A DNA stretch of 64,000 nucleotides from Corallococcus sp. (GTDB taxonomy: Bacteria > Bacillota > Clostridia > Christensenellales > CAG-314). The DNA is taken from the NCBI GenBank assembly GCA_023667435.1, contig JAMPAB010000003.1, positions 3,176 to 67,175 of the forward strand, written 5' to 3'. The notes beneath the pieces are model-generated. The model did no database searches. It saw only the letters and a program-made list of their open reading frames with translations, and was not told the origin of the DNA. Position 1 is the first letter of the stretch. Each line of letters begins with the position of its first letter. Below are positions 47,789 through 58,142 of the stretch, piece after piece. The position numbers were made by a program, and so were the translations under genes.

Positions 47789-49201
47789 ATGAAAGAAAAT
47801 ATACTCACAAAATTTTTGCAGGTATTCCGCGACGACGAAGACGTTCGCGTAAGATATATGAACTGCGGAACGAAGTTAACCGTTATCAGTATGGATACAA
47901 TGTGCGACGACGTAAAGGTAAGCAGTTTTGTGTTGCAGCCGTTAGCGTATATTCACGACGCGCAGTCGGCTGAGGACGTAGAATCGCGCCTTGCGGTAAG
48001 CGCAACGGTGCGCAAAATCGTCAGTATACAAACGGCGGCGGAGGACTACGCAAACGGTTACACTCTTATATTCGACGGGGACGGGCAGGGCGTTTCGGTA
48101 GACACGCGTACGTCGCTGGGACGAAGCATTATCGAACCGCCGACGTCAATGGTTTTAAGAGGTCCGCGCGAAGGATTTGTAGAAGATATAAAGGTCAATC
48201 TCACTCTTTTGCGCAAAAGACTGAAAACGCCTAACTTTAAATACGTAAGTTTGAGCGTGGGGCAGTATACGAATACGGCGGTGAACGTCTGTTATATCGA
48301 TACGATTGCGGACAAGGCGATAGTAGACAAAATAATTCAACAAATACAGGCGATAAAAACGGACGGCATAATAGACAGCAGTTATGTCGCGCGTTATCTC
48401 GACACTAACAAAACGTTACTTTTCAGACGGGTCGGCTTGACGGAAAAACCCGACATTGCCGTTGCAAAAATGTTGGAAGGGCGCGTCGCGATAATTGTAG
48501 ACGGATCGCCGATGGTGCTGACGTTGCCGTATCTGTTTGTGGAAGATATGCAAAGTCCCGGCGACTATTACGAAAATTCCACAATGACTGTGTTCAGTAG
48601 AATTCTGCGTTTTATCAGCGTAATCGCTTCGGTGCTGCTTCCCTCGCTGTACGTATGTTTGCAGGCGTATAATTACCAGATAATTCCGTTGCAGTTTCTG
48701 ATATCCGTACTCAATGCTTCGGAAGCGATACCGTTTTCTCCTATGGCGGAGATGATAATAGTGCTTGTCATCTTCGATATTCTGCGCGAAGCTAATTTGC
48801 GTATGCCTTCGGCGGTAGGAATATCGCTGTCTTTGGTAGGCGCGATAGTGTTGGGCGACGCGGCGGTAAAGGCGGGGCTGTTAGGCGCGCCCGCAGTCAT
48901 GATAGGAGCGTTGTCGGGCATAGGTTTGTTTACGATGCCCGACAATACTCTCGTGCTGTCGCTTATGAGGTTGGCAATCACGTATATAGGCGGCACAACG
49001 GGATTGTTCGGAGTTACCCTTGCAATGATAGCGGTTTTGCTGTATCTGGCGTCTTTGCAGAACAACAAAACGCCCTTCCTTGCTCCGTTTGCTCCTAATA
49101 TACCTCAAGACAGACAGGACGCGCTGGGACAAAACCCCGTACCCGAAATGACTAACCGTCCCGAATCTATTCCAAACAAAAACAAGCGGAGGAGAGGTTG
49201 A
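47789..49201 (+). CDS. Spore germination protein, GerA-family A subunit
   Basis: 470-aa ORF with ..VLRGPREGFVEDI.., ..VDGSPMVLTLPYLF.. and a C-terminal TM bundle. Confidence 0.85.
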   Translation: MKENILTKFLQVFRDDEDVRVRYMNCGTKLTVISMDTMCDDVKVSSFVLQPLAYIHDAQSAEDVESRLAVSATVRKIVSIQTAAEDYANGYTLIFDGDGQGVSVDTRTSLGRSIIEPPTSMVLRGPREGFVEDIKVNLTLLRKRLKTPNFKYVSLSVGQYTNTAVNVCYIDTIADKAIVDKIIQQIQAIKTDGIIDSSYVARYLDTNKTLLFRRVGLTEKPDIAVAKMLEGRVAIIVDGSPMVLTLPYLFVEDMQSPGDYYENSTMTVFSRILRFISVIASVLLPSLYVCLQAYNYQIIPLQFLISVLNASEAIPFSPMAEMIIVLVIFDILREANLRMPSAVGISLSLVGAIVLGDAAVKAGLLGAPAVMIGALSGIGLFTMPDNTLVLSLMRLAITYIGGTTGLFGVTLAMIAVLLYLASLQNNKTPFLAPFAPNIPQDRQDALGQNPVPEMTNRPESIPNKNKRRRG

Positions 49202-50367
49202 TGGAAAATAACAGAGTAGGAATAAATCAGTTGGCGCTACTGTATCTGCTTGCGATCGCGGGAGGAAAATTTCTGACGTTGCCGTCCATTCTCGCAAACG
49301 ACGTCGGACACGACAGTTGGTTGGTGCTGGCGTTCGGTTTTTTGTGGGACGCAATCTGTCTTACGTTTTTGCTGTGGGCAATAAAGCTTAACAAGGACAG
49401 CAAGTTCGACTTGTCGGCGGTTTTAAACAAAACGGTAACTAAGGCCGTCTGCAAGATAGTTATGGCGCTGTTTTTCGTAATATTCATTATTCGCGCAAAC
49501 ATACTTATTGCTTCGTGCTATAAAATGTTTGCGGTAACTTTCGACGTAAGCACAAATCTGATAGTTTTCGTTGCGCCCGTCGCGGCGTTGAGCTTTTTTG
49601 CGGTGAAGTTGGGTTTCAATGCCGTTGCTCGAACGGGGCAGCTGCTGTTCGGGATAGTGTTTATATCGGTTCTGTTTTTGATACTGTCCCCCGTATCGCA
49701 AATAAGTCTTACTTCGTTGCTTCCCGCAGGCGAAGCAGGGTGGGGAAATATCGTAAAAACCTCGTTCGAACGCAGTTTTTGGTTCTCCGATTATCTGTTT
49801 TTTTACTTCGTAATGGATAGCATAGAGGTAAAAAAAGGCAAGGTTTTTTCTCCCGTACTGGTAGCGTTTTTTGTGGGCGCGTTGGTATCGATAGGTATGA
49901 ACGCCGTTTTCGTGGCTTTATACGGAAGTATGGCAAAGGACGTCGATTTGGCAATGAGCAAGATAGGCGTTTATTTCGTGTCGAACTCCTCCAACGGAAG
50001 ATGGGACTGGCTTACGCTGTCGATTTGGTTAATGTCGGTGTTTTTAAAAATCATCGTATTTATTTACTGCGCCTATAAAAGTTTGGAAAAACTGTTTGAA
50101 TTCAAGTCCTCCAAATTGAACGCGTATGCCGTAATTTTTATTACGTTGACGCTTATGCTGCCGATGCTGATTTCTACCGATGTCGTTCTTTCGACGGTGG
50201 TTGCGTGGGGACTTATCCCGTTTGCGCTGTTGCAGTACGTGTTGCCGATAGCAATGCCGTTTTTAGTAAAAGCCGCGCAGGTAAAGTCGGGAATGACGGA
50301 TTTGCGACGCGCAATAAAAAATACCGCGCGCCGCAGCGAAAAACTTAAGGAGGCGACGAATGAGTGA
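49198..50367 (+). CDS. Spore germination protein, GerA-family B subunit (APC-like permease)
   Basis: 389-aa ORF with about 10 TM segments. Its start overlaps the stop of the A subunit. Confidence 0.8.
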   Translation: MMENNRVGINQLALLYLLAIAGGKFLTLPSILANDVGHDSWLVLAFGFLWDAICLTFLLWAIKLNKDSKFDLSAVLNKTVTKAVCKIVMALFFVIFIIRANILIASCYKMFAVTFDVSTNLIVFVAPVAALSFFAVKLGFNAVARTGQLLFGIVFISVLFLILSPVSQISLTSLLPAGEAGWGNIVKTSFERSFWFSDYLFFYFVMDSIEVKKGKVFSPVLVAFFVGALVSIGMNAVFVALYGSMAKDVDLAMSKIGVYFVSNSSNGRWDWLTLSIWLMSVFLKIIVFIYCAYKSLEKLFEFKSSKLNAYAVIFITLTLMLPMLISTDVVLSTVVAWGLIPFALLQYVLPIAMPFLVKAAQVKSGMTDLRRAIKNTARRSEKLKEATNE

Positions 50368-51481
50368 TATAAAGCGGATAGCGATATTCATTGCAGTCAT
50401 CTTAGCGGTGTTGCTGTTGGCAAACAGTTTTGTCGGAAGCAATATAATGGACAGAGCGATAATTATAGGAATCGGCGTCGACGGCGATGAGGACGGCATA
50501 CGGTTGACCGCCGAAATAGTGAATCCCGGCAACGGATCGGAGCAGGTAGGCACTTACAGCAAGACGGTATCCGCTAACGGTAAAAGCGTAGGTCAGGCCA
50601 TTCAGAGAATAGCGGAATTAACGGGCAAAGAAGCGTCTTTGGGAAGGTGTTTGTTAATAGTTTTGGGACAGGAACTGTACGAGAACGTGGACTTCTCCGA
50701 CGTAATAGATTACTTTATAAATTCCGACAGCTTTAAGGAAAGCTCCGCTATCTGCTGCGCTACGGGCAAAGCGGAACAGTTGTTAAACAGAGGATTCGCT
50801 TTGTCGCAGAGCGTTTCGCTGGCATTGTCTACAATGTTGCAGGATCAGGCAAAGAAAGTCGCCGTTTCCACAAATACGTTGCTCGACTACGCTTTGAGCC
50901 AGCGCGATTTGCTTAAAACCGGATTTTTAAACAACGTTTCTTTTATACCGTCGGAAAACGCCGATACGGAAAATCCCGAAGAAAAACAGGGTTATTTTGC
51001 AATGGACAGCATTGCGATATTCCGCGAAAACACGTACCTGTGCGCGTTATCGCGCGACGAGGTCAAAGGGTTCGCCTTGTTGGACGACAGCGTTTTGGGA
51101 GACACTTTTACGTCGGACGCTTCGGGCAAACTGCTTACGCTCAACGTCAACAGTAAAAAGGTGGATAAAAAAATTCAAGGCAACGCAATATCCGTTACGG
51201 TAACGCTCTACACCAAGCTCGCCCGAACCGACAGCGCCGACGTAGAGGGAGTGTTCGTGTCGCAAGACAAGAAGGAAATTCCGCAGGAGACGATAGACGA
51301 CGTTACGAGACAAGCAATATCGCTTGCCGAAAAAATGTTGAAAAAACAGGTTGAGTACAATTTCGACTTGTTGGAAATTCACGAAAAATTCCGTCAGAAA
51401 ACGGGCAGCAGCGAAGAACTGAGCAATCGGGCGATGAGCGAAATACCGATAACTCTGGAACTGAAAATAATCGAAAAATAA
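50360..51481 (+). CDS. Spore germination protein, Ger(x)C-family C subunit (no lipobox Cys)
   Basis: 373-aa ORF with ..DRAIIIGIGVDGD.. typical of the Ger(x)C N-domain. The signal-like segment lacks a cysteine. Confidence 0.75.
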   Translation: MSDIKRIAIFIAVILAVLLLANSFVGSNIMDRAIIIGIGVDGDEDGIRLTAEIVNPGNGSEQVGTYSKTVSANGKSVGQAIQRIAELTGKEASLGRCLLIVLGQELYENVDFSDVIDYFINSDSFKESSAICCATGKAEQLLNRGFALSQSVSLALSTMLQDQAKKVAVSTNTLLDYALSQRDLLKTGFLNNVSFIPSENADTENPEEKQGYFAMDSIAIFRENTYLCALSRDEVKGFALLDDSVLGDTFTSDASGKLLTLNVNSKKVDKKIQGNAISVTVTLYTKLARTDSADVEGVFVSQDKKEIPQETIDDVTRQAISLAEKMLKKQVEYNFDLLEIHEKFRQKTGSSEELSNRAMSEIPITLELKIIEK

Positions 51482-51636
51482 CGGTTCGCCGCAAATCTCC
51501 GTCGAAAGACGAATCGGACGGCGCGCAAACAGTCCGACTGCCGCACAACGTTTCAACGTATATATCCGATTGCAGGGATTCAAATTTTATTGCTTTGTTT
51601 GACTACGTTTTGCATTTGTGCTATCATTTTAATTGT

Positions 51637-52509
51637 ATGAAAGGCGTAATTATTACTAACCCGTTCGACCGCAGCGAAACGCAACTGTACAAAGTCAAAC
51701 GTATGTTGCGGGAGTTCTCTTATTTGGGAGTCGACGTCGAAACCGCATCTAACGACCGTTTTGCCGCGTACGTCGAGGACGGCAAATCGGTTTGCCGTTT
51801 AAAGGCGGATTTTGCGTTGTATTTCGACAAAGATAAATATACCGCCCGTCTGCTGGAAAAGAGCGGCGTAAGAGTTTTCAACAGCGCGTCGGCGACTGAA
51901 ATTTGCGACGACAAAATGCTTACGCATATAGTTTTATCGGACGGCGGCATTGCAATGCCTACTACGCTTTCGGGCGCGTTGTGTTACGACAAAAACGGAG
52001 TTGTGTCCGACGAATATCTCAACGGAGCGGTTGAAAAGCTCGGTTTGCCTCTTGTCGTCAAGGAATGTCACGGCAGCTACGGCGAACAGGTGTATCTCGC
52101 GGAAACGCACGCTCGGTTGCGCGAAATCGTAGAAAGTATAAAAAACAAGTCGTATCTGTTTCAGCAATACGTTTCTCAAAGTTGTGGCGAAGATATGCGC
52201 GTCATCGTCATAGGCGGAAAAGCCGTATGCGGAATGTTGCGCAAATCGACGACCGATTTCCGTTCGAACGTGCATCGGGGAGGAACGGCGGTTGCCGCCG
52301 ATATTTCGGAAGACATCGCTAAACTCTGTGAAAAAGCAGCAAAAATCATCGGATTGGATTATTGCGGAATCGACGTTCTGCTTAAACCGTTTCCGCAGAT
52401 ATGCGAGGTAAACAGTAACGCGATGTTTCAGGCAATGGAAGACGCAACGTCGGTAAACGTAGCGCGACGTTACGCGCAGCATATCGTAGACTGCGTTAAG
52501 CGCAACTGA
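51637..52509 (+). CDS. RimK-family ATP-grasp ligase
   Basis: 290-aa ORF: ..LPLVVKECHGSYGEQVYL.., ..MRVIVIGGK.., ..CEVNSNA... Confidence 0.7.
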   Translation: MKGVIITNPFDRSETQLYKVKRMLREFSYLGVDVETASNDRFAAYVEDGKSVCRLKADFALYFDKDKYTARLLEKSGVRVFNSASATEICDDKMLTHIVLSDGGIAMPTTLSGALCYDKNGVVSDEYLNGAVEKLGLPLVVKECHGSYGEQVYLAETHARLREIVESIKNKSYLFQQYVSQSCGEDMRVIVIGGKAVCGMLRKSTTDFRSNVHRGGTAVAADISEDIAKLCEKAAKIIGLDYCGIDVLLKPFPQICEVNSNAMFQAMEDATSVNVARRYAQHIVDCVKRN

Positions 52510-52534
52510 TAAAGCAAGCTTTACGGAGGAAAAA

Positions 52535-53773
52535 ATGGAATTAAAGCAATTTTTAAATACAAGTCTCACCGCTTATCACACAACGAAGAACGTATGCGAT
52601 TTTTTGCAGTCGCGCGGTTTTGTCCGTCTCGAGCCGAACAAACAATGGAACGTAAAACGCGGAGGAAAATATTTCGTTACCCGTAACGGAAGTTCCGTAA
52701 TTGCGTTCAATATCGGTAAGGAAAACGCATTCAATATCTGCGAGTGTCATACGGACAGTCCGTCGTTTAAGATTAAAGGGAACAAGCTTGTAGAAGGCAA
52801 CGAACTGCGTCTTAATACGGAAAAGTACGGCGGGGGACTTCTTTATACTTTTTTTGACAGGCCGTTGAAAATAGCCGGACGGATTATGGTCGAAAAGGAC
52901 GGCGGAATAGAAATCCGTCTTGCGGAAAGCGATTACAACGTGGTCATACCCAGTTTGGCAATTCATCATAATCCGAGCGCGAACGACGGTTTTTCCGTCA
53001 ATCCGCAATCGGACACGCTGCCGTTATTCGCCGAGAGCGGTCAAGATCTGTATTCTACGCTTGCAAAAGAAAACGTTCTGGATGCAGACTTATACGTCGT
53101 TCCTGCGGCGAACGCATTTACAAGCGGCGTCAACGGAGAGTTTTTGTGTTCGGCAAGACTGGATAATCTTACGAGCGCTTACGCGTGCATGTTGGCGATA
53201 TCTTCGTCAACGCCGCCGAATATTGCGGTTGCGGCGTTTTTGGACAACGAAGAAACGGGCAGCGGAACGCGTCAAGGATCGCCGTCGTTTTTAGAACAAA
53301 CGCTGTCTTCGCTGTGCTTTGATATGGGATTGAACGGGGAAGAAAAGAGAATAGCGATTGAAAACGGCATGGCGCTGTCGGTAGATAACGGACACGCTTA
53401 TCATCCTGCGCATCCCGAAAAGGCGGATCCCGTCAACAAAACCGTTTTGAACGGCGGAGTGGTAATTAAGCATAACGTAAACTATGCAACCGACGGACTT
53501 ACAAGCGCTGTTGTCAAAAAACTGCTTAAAGATAACGGGATAAAATATCAGGACTACTACAACCGCAGCGATTTGCGGTGCGGTTCTACGCTGGGACTTG
53601 CTACTTCGAGCGCATTGGGAATAAAAGTATGCGATATAGGCATTGCTCAGTTGGCAATGCATTCCGCTTGCGAAACGTGCGGAACGTACGATATCGACGC
53701 TATAAATCGGTGTCTTGCAACGTTCCTATCGTCAAGTATTGTCGAAACGGAAAAAGAAATTTCGGTAAAGTAA
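52535..53773 (+). CDS. M18-family aminopeptidase
   Basis: 412-aa ORF: ..TAYHTTKN.., ..ECHTDSPSFKIK.., ..LDNEETGS.., ..AMHSACE... Confidence 0.8.
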   Translation: MELKQFLNTSLTAYHTTKNVCDFLQSRGFVRLEPNKQWNVKRGGKYFVTRNGSSVIAFNIGKENAFNICECHTDSPSFKIKGNKLVEGNELRLNTEKYGGGLLYTFFDRPLKIAGRIMVEKDGGIEIRLAESDYNVVIPSLAIHHNPSANDGFSVNPQSDTLPLFAESGQDLYSTLAKENVLDADLYVVPAANAFTSGVNGEFLCSARLDNLTSAYACMLAISSSTPPNIAVAAFLDNEETGSGTRQGSPSFLEQTLSSLCFDMGLNGEEKRIAIENGMALSVDNGHAYHPAHPEKADPVNKTVLNGGVVIKHNVNYATDGLTSAVVKKLLKDNGIKYQDYYNRSDLRCGSTLGLATSSALGIKVCDIGIAQLAMHSACETCGTYDIDAINRCLATFLSSSIVETEKEISVK

Positions 53774-53786
53774 CAGAGGATATAGG

Positions 53787-55445
53787 ATGGCGGATTACAG
53801 ACAGACTTATAATATTTGGTTAAAACGCGCAAAAGACGAAGCGGTTTTGAAAAGTCTTAAATCTATGACCGACGGCGAAAAGCGCGACGCGTTCGGTAAA
53901 GATTTGGAGTTCGGCACTGCCGGACTGCGCGGAATTATGTCGGCAGGTACCGACCGAATGAACGTTTATACGGTGTATCGCGCAACGGAAGGACTTGCAA
54001 GATATATGGCGGATCGAGGTATGTCGACTTGCGCCGTAACGTACGATTCGCGTTTAAACAGTAAATTGTTCGGCGAGCTTGCCGCAGGCGTTTTGGCGCG
54101 GCGCGGAATTACGACGTACATAACTAAGGAATGTATGCCCACGCCGTTTATATCGTATATGATTCGTCAATTAGACTGCGACGTCGGTATTAATGTAACG
54201 GCAAGTCACAATCCGTCCGATTACAACGGGTACAAGGTTTACGACGGCAGCGGTTGTCAGCTTCTCGACGAAGCCGCAAAAGAAGTAACCTCGTATATAA
54301 ACGACGTAGATATGTTCGAAAAGGATCTTCCTGTTTTCGGGGAATATCTGGGCAAAAACGTTTTTTACGTCGACGACGAATTAGAACAAAGATATATAGA
54401 CAGAGTTTTGCAGGAAAGCATGGGCTGCGCGGAAGGATTGTCCGTAGTATATACGCCGTTAAACGGCGCTGGTTACCGTATCGTACCAGAGGCTCTTAAA
54501 CGGCTAGGCGTTGCCGAAATCAACGTTGTCGCGGAACAGTCTATGCCCGACGGGCATTTTGCAACGTGTCCTTATCCTAATCCCGAAAAGCGCGAAGCGC
54601 TTAATCTTGCCGTAAAGCTTGCCGAAGAAAAAAACGCCGATATTGTCATCGCAAACGATCCAGACAGCGACCGTTTGGGGGTTGCGGTTAAGGCAGGCGG
54701 ACAATACGTACAGCTTACGGGAAACGAAGTCGGCGTACTTTTGTGCGATTACGTGTTGGCAAAGCTGTCCGCGCAGGGTAAACTTCCCGAAAAACCCGTT
54801 ATAGTCAAGACAATCGTCACTACCATTATGGTTGACGACGTCGCAAATAAGTACGGCGCGGAAGTCATAAACGTCCTTACGGGCTTTAAGTATATAGGCG
54901 ACGCCGTCAACAAGTTGGAAAAGCATGGCGAGGCGGACCGTTTCGTGTTCGGATTCGAAGAAAGCTGCGGATATCTTAAAGGATCGTACGTTCGCGATAA
55001 GGACGGCGTTGTCGGCGCTGTTCTGATTGCCGAGTGCGCGGCGTTTTACAAGAAACAGGGAAAAACTCTTTTCGACCGTTTGTCCGAGTTGTACGACGAA
55101 ACGGGGCATTATTATCTCGATACGGTGAGTTACCGTTTCGACGGAGCAAAAGGCGAAAAGATCAAAAACGAACTGCTTTCGGAACTCCGTCGCAAACCGT
55201 TTGCGCAATTGGGCGGAAGCGAGGTAGTAAACGTTTGCGATTATCTTACTCAAACGGAGACGGACTTGCCCAAATCAAACGTACTCCGCTTTAACAGCAA
55301 GGACGGAAGTCAGCTTATCGTTCGTCCCAGCGGCACCGAGCCGCTTATTAAGTGTTACGTAGCAATCAAGGGCGAAGAAGACGGCAATGCGCGTAGCGAA
55401 GCAATCAGACGTCAGATAGACGACTGTTTTTTACGCAAAGGATAA
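53787..55445 (+). CDS. Phospho-sugar mutase (alpha-D-phosphohexomutase family)
   Basis: 552-aa ORF with active-site TASHNPSDYNGYKVY, ANDPDSDR, and GFEESCG. Confidence 0.85.
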   Translation: MADYRQTYNIWLKRAKDEAVLKSLKSMTDGEKRDAFGKDLEFGTAGLRGIMSAGTDRMNVYTVYRATEGLARYMADRGMSTCAVTYDSRLNSKLFGELAAGVLARRGITTYITKECMPTPFISYMIRQLDCDVGINVTASHNPSDYNGYKVYDGSGCQLLDEAAKEVTSYINDVDMFEKDLPVFGEYLGKNVFYVDDELEQRYIDRVLQESMGCAEGLSVVYTPLNGAGYRIVPEALKRLGVAEINVVAEQSMPDGHFATCPYPNPEKREALNLAVKLAEEKNADIVIANDPDSDRLGVAVKAGGQYVQLTGNEVGVLLCDYVLAKLSAQGKLPEKPVIVKTIVTTIMVDDVANKYGAEVINVLTGFKYIGDAVNKLEKHGEADRFVFGFEESCGYLKGSYVRDKDGVVGAVLIAECAAFYKKQGKTLFDRLSELYDETGHYYLDTVSYRFDGAKGEKIKNELLSELRRKPFAQLGGSEVVNVCDYLTQTETDLPKSNVLRFNSKDGSQLIVRPSGTEPLIKCYVAIKGEEDGNARSEAIRRQIDDCFLRKG

Positions 55446-55450
55446 GCGTT

Positions 55451-56101
55451 ATGAAGAATAAGACGTTTACCACTTTAAATATCGTAACAAGCGCAATGCT
55501 CAGCGCGTTTGCGGTGATATTAGGTACTACTTTCCACGCGCTTACGCAGTCTCCGATTTCTTCGCTGTTTTCGCCTATGCACTTTCCCGTACTGCTTGCG
55601 GGGATTCTGTGCGGACAGTGGTTGGGACTGATTTGCGGAGCGTTGACGCCGTTAATATCTTTTATGTCCAGCGGAGGAGTACGTCCGCCTTTTCCGACGG
55701 GACTTATTCCTATGATATTCGAGCTTGCCGTATATGGATTTTTATCGGGACTTCTACGCAGAATTTTTCTTAAAAATCCCAAAACGAACAAGGTTTATTC
55801 CGTGCTTGCGCTTGCAATCTCGATGATAGCGGGCAGACTGATCAACGCGTTCGTCGCCGCAGTAATCTTAGCTTTAAGCGGCGGAAATTTTTTCGTAAGC
55901 TTAGGGGAAAGACTGTTAAGCAATTTTACTTCTACGTGGGCGGGTATTATAGTCCAACTGGTATTCATTCCGCTTATTCTGTTTGCATTGCAAAAAAGCG
56001 GAGTGCTTATAAAATACATACCCGACGATATACAGTATGCCGTATCGGAACGTAACGAAACGGAAGAAGAAGCGAAAAACGGCGAACAGAGCGAAAAGTA
56101 G
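55451..56101 (+). CDS. ECF-transporter S-component-like membrane protein
   Basis: 216-aa ORF with about 6 TM segments. Substrate unknown; the call is by general resemblance only. Confidence 0.5.
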   Translation: MKNKTFTTLNIVTSAMLSAFAVILGTTFHALTQSPISSLFSPMHFPVLLAGILCGQWLGLICGALTPLISFMSSGGVRPPFPTGLIPMIFELAVYGFLSGLLRRIFLKNPKTNKVYSVLALAISMIAGRLINAFVAAVILALSGGNFFVSLGERLLSNFTSTWAGIIVQLVFIPLILFALQKSGVLIKYIPDDIQYAVSERNETEEEAKNGEQSEK

Positions 56102-56248
56102 AAATATTTTACAATCCGTCTTAACAGGGCGCGGTATACGCCGTCGAAAAATATAAATTTCAATAACAGATAAAACGGACCGACGCGTTTTATAACGCGA
56201 CAGTCCGTTTTCTGTTTCCGATCGTAATAGGTCGACTTATGCAATCGG

Positions 56249-57061
56249 TTATTTCAAATCCGCTTTTTCAAACGTAAAGTAACCGCTCGCGACGAATATT
56301 GCGGAAAAGACGCCGTAATACAGAATAATTTTTAATATGAGTCCGCCGTCGATTGCGTTGGGTTGGAATAAATTTGCGTTGACGAAAGGAATCCAACTCT
56401 TGACCGCGTACGACAGCTCTACTCCGTTAAACGCCATCGCAAGTTCGCGAATGGCGACAATAGTTTCGAATATTGCGGGACCGAACGCGCATACGAGCAA
56501 GGGAAGCAGCCATGCCGCCCATTGTTTGCGCACTCCGAACAGGAACATACATACGCACGACTGAGTAAACAGCACGGCAAATAAACCCAACGCAAACGAA
56601 CATAAACAGGACGTTACGACTTCTCCTGCCGACATTGCGCCTATACCGCATACGGGAGCGATAATAAGCGCTACGGGGATAAATTGCGCAAGCAAATAAG
56701 TTATTCCTACAAACAACGCTATAATATAATACGAAAAATACAACTGCGCGCGCGATTTGTTTGCGAGTATAACGTTGCGTACTGTGCCGTCGGCAAATTC
56801 TTTACTGAGAAATATGCTTACCGTAATCAAAGAGAATAGCGACGCATTGCTTAAAATATCTGTAAGAGAACTGAGATACGACTCCGTAACGGCGGCGTTT
56901 TTCAGTATGTCGATTACCGTTACGCCTTCGCCGACGTTTCCTATAAAAGCTATCGTAGACAAAAACCCGAGCAGAGGAAACGCAAAACACAGACCCAGCA
57001 TCGTCCAAAACAATCCGCTCTTTTTCAAACGGAAAAGTTCTACGCGTAAAATACTTATCAT
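56249..57061 (-). CDS. ABC-2-type transporter permease
   Basis: 270-aa ORF with 6 TM segments, translationally coupled to the upstream ATPase. Confidence 0.7.
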   Translation of the reverse strand: MISILRVELFRLKKSGLFWTMLGLCFAFPLLGFLSTIAFIGNVGEGVTVIDILKNAAVTESYLSSLTDILSNASLFSLITVSIFLSKEFADGTVRNVILANKSRAQLYFSYYIIALFVGITYLLAQFIPVALIIAPVCGIGAMSAGEVVTSCLCSFALGLFAVLFTQSCVCMFLFGVRKQWAAWLLPLLVCAFGPAIFETIVAIRELAMAFNGVELSYAVKSWIPFVNANLFQPNAIDGGLILKIILYYGVFSAIFVASGYFTFEKADLK

Positions 57062-57987
57062 AATGCGCCTCCGTTAGTGATATCGATATGCGAAGCGCCC
57101 TGTCGGTTGATTATATCGAGATAGTAGTCCTCCAAAGAGTCGCCCTTTTGAGCGATATTGAATACCGTAATTTCTTTCTGCGCAAGCGTAAGCATAATTT
57201 GGGTCATAGGCGCATCGGATACGAGTTCCACTTCTTCGGCGGAAACGGCGCGTACGTCTCCGTATTCTCTCAGCGCTGTTAACGCCGCGTCAGTTTTATC
57301 TACCTTTAAGACTATACGTTTGCCGCCTATGCCTTTGATTTCGTCAAGCGTTACGCGTTTTATCATATTGCCTTTATCCATTATGTAGAATACCGTTGCA
57401 AACTTGCTTAATTCCGAAAGAATATGACTGGATACCAACAAAGTAGTGCCTAATTCTTTGTTGATTCTTACGAATATTTCGCGCATGTCGAATATCCCCT
57501 GAGGGTCAAGTCCGTTTGTGGGTTCGTCGAGAATCAACAGCTGCGGTCTGCCTACCATAGTCATCGCTATTGCGAGACGCTGTTTCATGCCCAATGAAAA
57601 ATTCTTTGCAAGTTTTTTGGAATTCGGGTCCAATCCCACAAGTCTGACTGTGGTTTCGAGATACGTTAAATCCGTAGGCAAATCCAACAATTTGCTTTGC
57701 GCAATCAGATTATCCAAAGCCGTCATATTCGAATATATCGACGGTCTTTCGACGATTGCGGCAACGTCGGTGTCTTTACGCGTTTGTCCCGGCATCAATT
57801 CGAAGCTGCCCGAAGTCGGCTTTACCAGTCCCGTCAACATTCTTATAAGAGTTGTCTTGCCTGCCCCGTTTTGTCCGACAAGTCCGACAATTTCACCGCG
57901 TTCTATCGAAATACCGACGTTGTTTACTACCGTTTTGTTGTTGTAAACTTTGGTCAATCCTGTGGTGGAAATCATCACGTCAGCCAT
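57058..57987 (-). CDS. ABC transporter ATP-binding protein
   Basis: Walker A GQNGAGKTT, signature FSLGMKQR, Walker B LLILDEP. Start at MADVMIS.., preceded by AAGGAGG. Confidence 0.85.
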   Translation of the reverse strand: MADVMISTTGLTKVYNNKTVVNNVGISIERGEIVGLVGQNGAGKTTLIRMLTGLVKPTSGSFELMPGQTRKDTDVAAIVERPSIYSNMTALDNLIAQSKLLDLPTDLTYLETTVRLVGLDPNSKKLAKNFSLGMKQRLAIAMTMVGRPQLLILDEPTNGLDPQGIFDMREIFVRINKELGTTLLVSSHILSELSKFATVFYIMDKGNMIKRVTLDEIKGIGGKRIVLKVDKTDAALTALREYGDVRAVSAEEVELVSDAPMTQIMLTLAQKEITVFNIAQKGDSLEDYYLDIINRQGASHIDITNGGAL

Positions 57988-58061
57988 ACAGTTAACCTCC
58001 TTGTTTTGACGTTGAATACAGTATACACCATTAAAAACGAGTTGACAAGCATAAATGTTTG

Positions 58062-58090
58062 TTGACCGCATTATGTAATTATGTTAGAAT
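58062..58090 (+). promoter_or_regulatory. Promoter TTGACC-17-TAGAAT upstream of nagA
   Basis: Hexamers at 58062-67 and 58085-90. An 11-bp hairpin (58100-10/58119-29) abuts the SD. Confidence 0.5.
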
Positions 58091-58142
58091 AAGTTTCGCA
58101 GCAATACGGCGTTCGATTGCCGTATTGCTAAGGAGAGCTAAT

